In this document: positions 51,001 through 63,000 of the stretch, piece by piece
Layout of the letters: each line of letters starts with the position of its first letter
Position numbering within the stretch: position 1 is the first letter of the stretch
Source: Octopus sinensis
Lineage: Eukaryota
Assembly: GCF_006345805.1 (NCBI RefSeq)
Contig: NC_042997.1
Location: 176,328,001 to 176,392,000, forward strand
DNA: 64,000 nucleotides
Reading direction: 5' to 3'
Notes under the pieces: generated by a model
Databases searched by the model: none
Seen by the model: only the letters and a program-made list of their open reading frames with translations
What the model was told of the DNA's origin: nothing
Made by a program: the position numbers and the translations under genes

Positions 51001-54000
51001 TATTAATTAATTTGAATAATAATAATAATGGTGGTGGCCTAACAACTATGGCCCCAAAATCAGTAAATGATTTAACCTGTATATGCATTGCTTGAAATTA
51101 AGACACTAAATGTACTACTGAAATGAAAGTCTCTTACCTCCTTGAATTGCATCGCTTTTGATAACACAGTTGGCATAAAGTGGCAATAGTTTCATACATT
51201 CTGGTAGAATGAGTTGACCAGCTGAAGATGGGTTTGCACAATTCTTTCGATAACAATGAAGAATATGAGCTACTTGGTTGGCCATGTTCTCATGGACTAG
51301 TTTTGGCGTGCTGTTCAAGATGTTTCTTATTGCTGCAATAATTCATAAAACATGAAAATATAGTGTAAATTGGAATTTTAAGAGGACTCTCAGAGTATAA
51401 ATTTAGGAAAATTGAAAAGGTTATTTGTAAGAAAATTAAGTAACTGAAGTCACTAACCTTGTTTAGCCATGAAATTTATCAAAGAATCTAATTCGCAATT
51501 TCTGAACATATCTGCAAACTGTGTGCAGCAATTTAAAGAAAGATTATGAATTCTTAGTCTTCTAAAGCCACCAACACTTGTGTATAAAATTGCAACCTGA
51601 AGAAAAGATAAAAAAAACAAATGTTACATATATGTGCATGTGCATGTGTGTGTGCATATCCATATAAGGGATATGCACACAGATTACTTAATACAAAATA
51701 TAATGCTTATTTATTCATATTGTTTTAAATAAACCATGCCTTATCGCATAGCTTCAAGATTACAATGATGTGATTGTTTATTTTTAGAATGACATTATAG
51801 TGTGGTTGTAATAGGCTACAGTTAGCTTGTTTAAATATAAAAAAAGTAGAATATTTGAATATGACCAGTTTAAACACTAAAAGGTTAAGTGGATTAAGCA
51901 TTAAAAATCTTCAATATGGTGAATCTACATACTGTTCGAATTTCACCTTTAGGTAAAGCACTTAATTATTCTTGTCATCTTGATTAAAAACTGAATATAC
52001 TAGAAATACTGCTGTGTTCCCACTGGATCACTTTCCTGAGATTCAGAAGTAAATAGTTAGTTTAGGCTATTATCTGTCATCTGAACATCGTTTAAATCCA
52101 CTTTCCATGCTGTCATGGGTAGGGTGAAAAGTAGACATAAAATGATGTACAATCATATATATTTCTAAAATCAAAATCAAATTCGATGACTGGCATCCGT
52201 GCTAGTGGGGTGCAAAGAGTACCATATGAGTGTGATCGTTGACAGAGGGGCTAACTGGCTTCTGTGCCAGTGGCACATAAAAGGCACCATTTGAGTGTGA
52301 TCGTTACCCGCGTTGCCTTACTGGCACTTGAGCCCTGTGCTAACAGGCTTCTGTGCCAGTGGCACATAAAAGGCACCATTCGAGCGTGATCGTTACCAGC
52401 ATCGCCAGTACCGCCTGACTGGCCCCTGTGCCAGTGACACATAAAAGCACCCACTATACTCTCGGAGTGGTTGGCGTTAGGAAGGGCACCCAGCTGTAGA
52501 AACTCTGCCAGATCAAGATTGAGCCTGGTGCAGCCATCTGGTTTGCCAGCCCTCAGTCAAATCGTCCAACCCATGCTAGCATGGAAAGCGGACGTTAAAC
52601 GATGATGATGATGTTACATAGGCTAATGCAATATAGTGTGCACCCATGTCTTCTTTAGACAGATAATAGCCTAAACTAATTTATAGTAACTCTTGAAAAC
52701 TTTTGACTACATATGTATTTAAGACATATTAGTACCACTTGAATAGGAAACAACAACCTTCAAAGTCAAAAGGGTAAAAGAGTAAAGAGAAGCACCAGGT
52801 TGTATTTAAGTTTGTATCTGTGTTTAAAATCCACCAAGGACAATAAAATAATAGTAAATCTGCCCAACTAAAGTGACTACAATATTCTAGCACTCAAATT
52901 CAAATTCAGCTAGAAAAATCATAAAAACAATTTTAAACAATAAAGAATCCAAGGAAACTAGAGGAGATCTGCTGGCAAAAATGAGTAAAGTTCAAATCTG
53001 TTACCTTAGAATACCAATGATTACATCCTGTCTACAGCTCTTGCTTTTTAGGGTTATGATTAATAAAACATTTAAGAGAATATCTCCAGCTAAGAGAAAC
53101 AATAATAAAATGTTGGACTCAAATATCAATATTAAAAATATATGGTTATAACTTGCCATGATTTAACCATTATCAACAAGTGTCCATTTAGTTAATGAAC
53201 ATGATACAAGAAACAGCAATTAATAAGTATATTCATTCTGGTTTTAAAATATGTATACTATATCTCTGTGTGTTATACAAGAGAACTAAAAAAGTTGGCA
53301 TCGCGATAGCCATTTGGCCATAAAAGATTAACTCAAGAAGTCCTTCTGTCTAATCCATATTAGCATGGAAAAGTGGATATAAAAATGATGATGATGAATG
53401 AAGATTTAGCATTCAAATATTATTTGCAACGTCAGTTAGAAGGTCCGTCCTTTACAGCACAAGTGTTAAGGCATACACCCTGGTGAAGAGGATTGGCCTC
53501 CAAGAGTTGCGTGCTTGTGCCACATAAAAGGCACTCGTGCTAGTGCCATGTAAAAGCACCCAGAAAACATGTGAAGTGGTTGGCATTAGGAAGAGCATCC
53601 AGCTGTAGAAACCAGGCTAAATCAAACTGGAGTCTGGTGCAGCTCTTCAGCTTGCCAGCTCTGGTCAAATTGTCCAACCCATGCTATAGTATGGAAAACA
53701 GATGTTAAATGATGATTATGACTTTAGATGAATTCCTTGTTACTTCTCAAATTAGAAGGCAATGCCTTTACCTGAATATATGCTCCATCAGCTGGGTCCA
53801 GTTTATCATCATGCTTTATTTCAACAGATATGGACTGGTCACTGTCAATTGCAGACAATTCTACATCTGTGGCATTTGTCATGTAGAAATTACCAAAGAA
53901 ATCAACTGGTCTGATACCTGGCAAAAATATTTCATACATTGTCTTAGTGGTATTAAATAATGAAAACATATGAGGAACATAGCAAACAAACTTTTAGATT

Positions 54001-57000
54001 TTGAGTATGGTTGAGTCTGCTTCCCAACCATATGGTTTTGAGTTCAGACCCAATGCATGGCTCCTAGGTAAGTTCACTTCTACTACAGCCTCAGGCCATC
54101 AAAAGGTTTGCGGGTGGATTCAGTAGACAGACACCAAAAGACCATCACACATAAATATGAGTGTGTGTGTGTGTGTGTATTTGTGATCACTTGTACGAAA
54201 GTGTGACAGGTGGTATTATGATCAGTTTCTCCTGTCAACCAACCATCTGGTCACCTTGCACCTTCAAGGCCATGTAATAGGTAAGGATTAGCATCAGGTA
54301 GAACATCCAAGCATAAAACAATACCTTAAACAACAGATTCATCCAACTCTTACAAAGCACAAAAAAAGAAAACATGGAAAATGAATGAATACTATAAAGA
54401 ATTTGACAGGATTTTGAAAATTGTTTTCAACAGTTCATGTGAAAGAAAAATAATAGGAACAAAAACAAATCTCTGCAAAAACTGTACCTGTGCTAGTTCT
54501 TACTCGAATAATTGCATCAAATGCAGCAATTTGACAGACATTTCTCTTTAAGTCATTCATGAATCTTTCTCCATCCTGCTCAGCCTTCAAAAATAAAGCA
54601 AGAAACAGTAATTAGGCTTTCAATAATCTCACTTTTAAAAGCTTTAGAATTAAAAAGAAATAAATAGCAGCAATTTTTATAAAAGGTTTTAAAAGTTCTG
54701 AATTTAGAAGAATAATTGCAAAATATGAAAAATTTTGTCACAAATGTAGAGGGGACAAAAATGAAGATCTGTGAAATTACAGCTGTGTGTAACTCATTAA
54801 CTTTACAGAGAATACAACAAAAACAAAAACAAATTAGAGATAAGATACGTCTAAGAGTGACTCATATCTAGTGATGGAAGGCTTCTAATAAAAATTATGA
54901 TAAAAATAAAGCCAAATCATGGAAACAAAACAAGTTTTAATATAAAGAGGAAAGGATGAGATGTTTACTCTGCCAGCCTATTGAAAGTACCATACCTAGA
55001 AGTCTTGATATTGTTTCATTTATTCTAAAATCTAAACTTTGTGAGTCATTAATTGTATTTTTGGATTAATGAAAATGGACAGTAAACAAAAACTTAAATG
55101 GACAAATCTATCAAAGATATTACATATGTTAGTGTCATAGATATTGTTGCTGCTTATTTAGAAACAAAGATTCCTAGTTTGAATCTGGCTTGGCATGACA
55201 TATATATTCAGGAATAAGACATGACTGAAATATGCTCAAACATTAAGGTCATTCCACAGCTTTATGTACTTAATAATATCAAGAAGAACATTAACTGTAC
55301 TAATTTGACTTGTCCAGGAGGGCCTGTGAAGGCCAGAATTACTGCCTCTTCCTTCAAATACAACAAATAAAAAAAAAAGTATCAACATTTTCTATCAAGT
55401 TGACATTTGTAATGATACAAAAACACATGCCATATAGAATACTGTCTTATTTATGTTGTGCTAACAAAATGTGCACATAAGTTATTGGTGACAAAAGACC
55501 AGAACTGTTGTATTAGTATATATTTATTATTTTAGAAAAGTAATGAGAGTAAAGTACATATATAAAATGCAATGCACTTAAAGTGCAATAAAAATACTTC
55601 AGACATAGACATGAAAGCATAATCCTTAGCAAAACTGCTTACCTGGAAATAACTGTACTTGTACATGTTGCCACCGGTAAGACGACACAGCTCACCAACA
55701 GTAGCTATATCAACATAAGAATTAGGGAACATGAACAGATCAACACTACAACCAGCTGCAACACATTGTTGTCCAAGTTTGGTGTAGAAGTTCCCTTGAG
55801 GAGTGAGAAGTGTCTAAAAACAATAAAAAAATAATAAAATGTAATTCCCTAGAAAGCAAAACCCAAATTTATAATAGAAACAAGAATAGCTGCCATTCAT
55901 GTATTTTTTCAACAGGATGACAAGGTTGAAAACTATTTATAAAGCAATTGTTTCAGCAGTTGTATATAAGCAATAACAATATGTAATAATGAAAACTGAA
56001 TTAAAATGATGAAGAAATATTCTAGTTAACTAATAATTTGGGCTTTAAAGTTACCTTCCAATCTAATTTTACTTGACACAACAGTACTCAAATGTTTGAG
56101 AGGTTCACCTTTTCTAAGTTGGAATGAGATTTTATTGATTTCATAACCAGGAAAGGCAGACCTACAATTGCCAGTTAACTTCTCACATGGATGAAAAATT
56201 GAAAATGTTTTCTATGGTTATCTAAGTAAGTACAGTTTAATGAACATGTAACAAAAGCAATCAATGTCTTATATTCAAATGAAAAATGATCCAACACCTA
56301 CAAAGTCAAAAAGCCAACACCAAGAGATAAAATTTTAAAAATTGAAATGAATTATTTTTAAAATGTCAACATAAATTGTTTTCATAAAAGTAAATTATCA
56401 TTGTATTTCATTATATTTCTTTGTTTTCTGTTTTGATTAATCACTTATCCTGATATCACATGTTCATAATTAAGTAGGAAATATTTCATGATGCAAACTA
56501 CCAACCAGCATTTTTACTGATTATAAATTTAACTTTAAAAACATAAACTATAAGCTGGCAATTTGTTTCAAGAACCTAAGGAAATAATCAATAAGCCTAG
56601 TACTTCTGCGACAAATTCTGAGTGAAAGATGAAAAACAAAAATGATGCAAATGGAATTTGGAACTAAATACTATAAATTCACTCTCAGCCACTGTTATTC
56701 CACTCCATTTCTTGTCTGACAAACAAGAGACAAGACAAGAAAATTTCTGAAGCAGCAGCAAAATCCACTGATCATTCAATTTCCCATTGCCAATTGTAAC
56801 TGAGCAATAGACATCAAATGAATTGAAATAAGCAAGTACTGGGTAATGTCTGAAATAGAATAATTAAAAGTAACTCAAGTTATGATTTGTTAATTCATGC
56901 AGCAGGCATCCCCAAGTATCTTAGTCATTCCTTTAAGTATTTTTTGTTTAGTCTGATAAGGATGCTACATGACCGAAGTGTATAATTTAGTTAAGCTAAA

Positions 57001-60000
57001 ATATAACTAATATTTCAGTTCAATTATAATACAATATCCATAGAGAAAAGAAAAATTTGAAACCTTTAAACCTTCAAAATGAGTGGATTCGAAATTTGAT
57101 TAAAATGATGCCTTAAAATAATTTGAATCGTGTTTCATGCTTCAAAGATACAAAATGAAAGGAAAATAAAAAAACCCAGTCAACAGGAGAGAGTAATTAA
57201 AATCCCCAAACCAAAAGTATTATTTTACTTAGTTTCTAATATGAAATAAGAATAAATAAAAACTAGATGAGTTATGTATACCTTTAAAGCAGTGTCATCT
57301 ATCTACAAACAAAAATAATCAAATAATATCAAATTAAATAATGTATCACTCTGTGTGTGTGTGTGTGTGAGCGCATGCGCATGCATGTGAGCTTATGGTT
57401 AAAAAAAAAAGCTATAATTAGCTGCCTATTTTGACAAAAATACAAACGATATACTACTTGGAGATTTAGCTGAAACTAAATATAGAGAACGTCAAGAAAA
57501 ACGAATCTTTCTAGAATAATTTTCAGAATAAATTCAACTGAAAATGTCAGAAGCATACAGATAATTTCTACCAAAAATATATTCATAGAACAATTACTCA
57601 ATAAAGACAATATCATTTAATGCAGCATTGACTAATGATGTATAAAAGTGTGTTTTTCAATATCTACCTTTTCTTTATCAGTACCTAGAAGCTTTCTATC
57701 ATCTCTATTTTTTAATTTACCAGGAACATCGGCAATAGGCAGTGAGGTATGGAAAAGAATAAGTTTTCCAGCACAATCAGCATTGATCAAAGCTTCCAAT
57801 CCAGCTTGGATAACTGGGCCTAATATCACTTCAGTTTCCCTGGATTCTCCAAACATCTGAGGTATTTGAGAGAGCAAACTGAAAATAAAGAAATTATATG
57901 TTTAGTGTCTACAGTTGAAATGTAATTTTTCAAATATATGCATACATCCTGTATTACTTATTACTAAAGCTTCTTAAATGTCACATGGAATCTTACATCT
58001 AAATCTGAACTCATGCATTATTGAGAAGTTGCTTTAGACAGCAGCAACAAAACAACATTCCTTGCTGATGTTTGCCCCTTGGGTGTGAACCATACCAGTA
58101 TTAGAAGGCCTGTAAAGATCATGGTTACTTTTTGTATATCTTACTATATAATACTTTCTAAAACAGGCATAAGGCCAGGAATTATGAGTGAGAAAAAAGT
58201 CAATTATATCAGCACCAGTACTTGACTGGCATTTTATTTCATAGACTCCAGAAGGATGGAAGATAAAAATCAACCTCAGTAAGAATTGAATTCAAAATGT
58301 AAATAGTTGGAACAAAAATTGCAATGCATCTTGTATGACACCAACTAGTCTGTTAATAAACTACTCTCCTCTCACTGAGTAATAGTAAAAAATTAATTTC
58401 ATAAAACCTATAATTTCTGAAAATTTATAAGAAACTCTATACAAGTTTCTGTGTGTTACCACAAAGATGCCAAACTTTGCCAAAGGTGACACTGGAGACC
58501 ATCACATCCCTAAGGCTAGTCAGATCCTGTTGAACAATCTAATGCATACCAGCTTGGAATATGGATGTTAAATGATGATGTGTTTGTTATGAAAATGAAA
58601 ATTCAAGTGAACTAGTTACTCACCTATCAATTACTGTCTCACATTCTGATAACTTGACTAAAAAGCCATCCAATAATGGCATAAATACATCTTCAATATC
58701 AGAAACTACCAACATCTGTGGTTGTGCTAATGAACCCTATAGAAAAAATTACAGAAAAAAATGGAATTTAAGAAAGTGAACCAAAAATAGACAATTTAAT
58801 TAAAATGAGTAACATAACATATATGTTTTTCTTTTTGAAAGAAACTGACATCAAAAGATATTTTTAATAAAGGTATAACTACAAGTAATATGATTTTTAA
58901 TCAGAAGATTTCAGCTTAATGACACCAATTCAAAATTACAAGTTATCAATGAAATTTTGGGAACAAACTCATCCAATTTTCTATTGATATATGAATAGAA
59001 GATGGTATTATACTTACTTTAACATTATAAAAATGTATCTCTTTTGCATAAGTAAGAAATCCAACTCTAATTTCTGATTCTGCAGCTCCTGTTTCCCTGA
59101 ATAATACATATAAAATATAAAATGTTAGTAATAAGCAAGAGTTACATTGTAAATAAGAAAATGCTGTTTGGTAATTGTAAGACATTTGAGTAGAAATCAA
59201 TACAATTGTTATACGTAAAACAACTTTGAGGTCTTGACCAAAATGCTAAACTATTCACAGCCCATTAACATTATTTGTTTTTGAACAGTATTGAATAATT
59301 TTACCTTTTATCAACTTACCAATTTGAAAAGTATTTCTTATACTGAACAATAAAAAATCCTACACAGTGATTCACTCAAAAACACACTACAATGTCTGCT
59401 CCAGAGACATGTTCTACTGCTTTCTCTATCAACAGTATTATTACTATTCTGAATTAGCTGTTTATATACTTTTATTAATGCTCATTTGTAGCCCTTCCTC
59501 TCTACACTTTCTTCGCTTCTCATTAACCACTCTTCCTAGTTTTTCCCCAGAATATCAACCACCTAGAATTCTTTGTATCCATATTTCTCTGCAGATAATG
59601 ACAAGCTGAAAATCAACACCTCACATCAAAGTGTTTGTGAATGTTATGGGCACTATCCCCTTCCTCACCCCACCCACCAATTCCAACTGTAAATGAAGTC
59701 CATTTACAAACATTTGCTCAAACAAATCTGAAAAACCTTTCAAAACACAGAAAATTGAATGTTAAATACCTGGGTAAGTTAACAAGTATCTCTTTTTTTA
59801 ATCTGGAGCAAATCAAATGGACCAAACCATTTCTGACACTGTTGTAGGAGACATCAATGCAAAATATAAATGCAGGACAATTGGGAGGTTTCCCATTCTG
59901 AAAAATAAGAAATAACATATTTAAAATATATTTATATTTCTTTAATGACAAGAATGAAATGCATATATTTGTCAATGAATTCCTATTAAGGAAAAATGAA

Positions 60001-63000
60001 AGTGGAAAAAAAAAATGATCCAACATAGCTTTATTATCATTTCTAGTGGATATCTGAAAACATGGGCCTGGATAAAATGATTTTTGATAAGAACATGCTC
60101 TCAATATTAAGATTAAAATACAGAAATTCATACAATTTTGAATATCTTACGAGAACAGTTTATTAATCTCTTATTAAAATGATGATTACTTCAGAAAACA
60201 GTGGTATACTTTATTTAAGGAGGAAGATCGAGGAAAAAGAAAAAAATATCATAGTATCTTCAATATACTTACTTTACAATAATCTTTGGTAGCTACAAAT
60301 TCATAAGAACCTAAACATAATTCAGCTCTATCATAACAATCAACTCTTCGACCAGTATGGTCAAGATGTGCAAAATATTCAGAAGGAACTAAAAGTAAAA
60401 AAAAAACAAAGTTGAGATCAAAGGATTGAATATAAATTTAAATTTGTTTATAAAAATCAAAGTCAAAATGAAACTTCTTAAAATCACTATCAAGAAGATT
60501 TTAAATGATTACATTTACTTTATGTAAAAAGAGAAAAATCATCTTAAATTAAATCTTATTTGTTAAATGATCCCTATTCTAACTGAACATTCTCTTTTGT
60601 GAAAAAAAAAAGTGTGAACATAATTTCTTTTCAAATTCATATATTTTAAGATGAACTAATATATAAGAATGTGTGTTATGGCAATAGAACTATAATTGTT
60701 TTAAAAAACAACTAAAATCTATCAGGTAGTGACATGAATCAGTTATTCTATAATTTGAGAAAATTTTCTAATCACATTTTCTTTATTATTTTTTGTCTTA
60801 TTTCTTTTCATATTTTCCCCCATGTGTCTACTGAATATTTCCATTTGAAAATATATAAATTGTTGGACATTAAATGATGATGCCTGTGAAAATATTTTAA
60901 TACAAGACAAACACAATTCTTAAATGCAATTATTTTACATAAGGAAAATATACCTTCAGTGGCTGCATTACAGAATACACACTGAAATCGTCGACCACCA
61001 TCAATAAACTGCATATGAGGACTCATATAAGACTTGCACCTTTTACAACGGACTGGACCAAGGTCTCCTAAATCCACAAGTGGAGGCACGTGCTATAAAA
61101 AACACACAAAGTCAGAAAAATTACAAAAGAGATCTAAAAAAAAATTGTAGTAATTGGTAAAATTAAAAATTTCAGAAAGCTGTCCCATCTTGCAAATGTA
61201 TTAAGCAGCTGTTTGTTTATATTCCGGCCAATCCTGATCAAACAGACCTATGATAAAAGATATTCTAGCCATAACCACCTCCTTTTCTCAATATGTATGA
61301 CAACATTATCTAATGTAACCTTCATGTTTTTAAGATGGTAGGGCATGATTTGAGGGAGATTTGACTGCTGTTTCTAGCAGGTTGAGCAAATACATTGATG
61401 CTCCCTTGTTGGCTTGTTTTAAGCTTAATATAGATTATTCTTTTCTTTTATTTGTATGTCATTTGACTGCGGCCATTATGGAGCACCATCTTTAGTTGAG
61501 CAAATCGACCCCAGGAATTATTCTTTGTAAGCCTAGTACTTATTCTCTGTCTCTTTTGCAGAGTTGCTAAGATATGGGTACGTAAACACACCAACATTGG
61601 TTGTCAAGTGATGGTAGTGGGGGACAAACACAGACACAAACATATACATATATATATATATATACAGCGGGCTTCTTTGTTTCCGTCTACCAAATCCACT
61701 CAAAGGCTTTGGTCGGCCCGAGGCTATAGTAGCAGACACTTTCCCAAAGTGACACGCAGTGGGACTCAACCTGGAACCATGTGGTTGGTAAGCAAGCTAC
61801 TTATAACACAGCCACTTCTGTGCCTATTACAGATGCAGATTTTGCAAAATATTTTTGGAAAATGACAACAGATATATTTGTAAAGAAAAAAAATTTGAGT
61901 AATTCAATAAACTTTCAGGATCATTATTTCTTTGCTACTACTATCTATTTAAAATTGAAATCAATTTTATTTCACTCATTTTTCAAATTCAGTTAATGAT
62001 AGAAGTTCATCTTTTGAGAATATTTTTGTCTTTTTTCTTGACTGAAGGGATCAGTAAATAAAAATAAAATATAAGCCAATAAAACATAACTAACCTCTTC
62101 TTTATGTAATTTTGCAAATGGAGTAATTGTCAATGCAAATGGTATATGGGAATTTTTTAGCATATCAGCTGTACAAGGAACATTATACATTGTACTCCGA
62201 ATAAATCTAGGATTACTGTTACCTGAAATATAAGTAAACAATAAAAATTAATGCAGATAAAAAAGTGATTTTTTTCTTTATAAAATTTAGTACAAGAAAA
62301 ATTTTGTTGGAGAATATATTTCATAAAATTGTGCAGAAGCTTGTCATATAAAGATGTATGCATTTATATGTCCTTCACCAATGTGTATTAGTGAATGATG
62401 TTACATCAGTGAGAAAACTAAAAGATCCTGTGTTCTTCAAACAAATGTTCCTTGTAAATTTGTTCCAAGTTGAGTTACAGAAACTCCATTCTCATTCTTA
62501 CTGTCAGAAGTGCAGTGAACCATTGAGTGGCTAGTTGTAATAACAAATAAATAAAATAAAAGAGGAAGAACAGAACTTGTTTTTTTTTATTTTACAAAGT
62601 CTGAGACTAATGAGAGTAAAGGTTGGAAGAAACAGCAATCCATGAGTCATCATCAGAAATGCTAAAAATGCTTGCAGCAGAATGAACTTCACTAGAGCCA
62701 GGAACTGGTACAGCCCATTCAACAGGTTTCTGTACAGTTTCCATCTGCTCAAAGTCACACATAAGGCTTGGTTTGATTTGAGGTTATGGTAGAAATTACT
62801 TGCCCAAAGTGATGTTTATTAGATTGAACACAGAACTACTTAATTGCAAAACAAACTTAACCACAGGACTATGCTTTCATTTTCAGCTAACAAAATTCAT
62901 TTGTTAAACATAAAAGAAAGTTTGCAAAAGAGAATATGTTTAATATCTGTTATTCAATAGTGGTATGGCCTGGATGGGGACTAATTTGAGGCAGCATTTT

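Noticed and set aside
56953-56990. Hammerhead-like CTGATAA-GG...CC-GAAG
   Set aside because: Both core boxes are mutated and stem II is only 2 bp; too weak to call.
57371-57380. NRF1-like GCGCATGCGC motif
   Set aside because: It is the decayed end of a (TG)n tract deep in an intron, with no promoter context.
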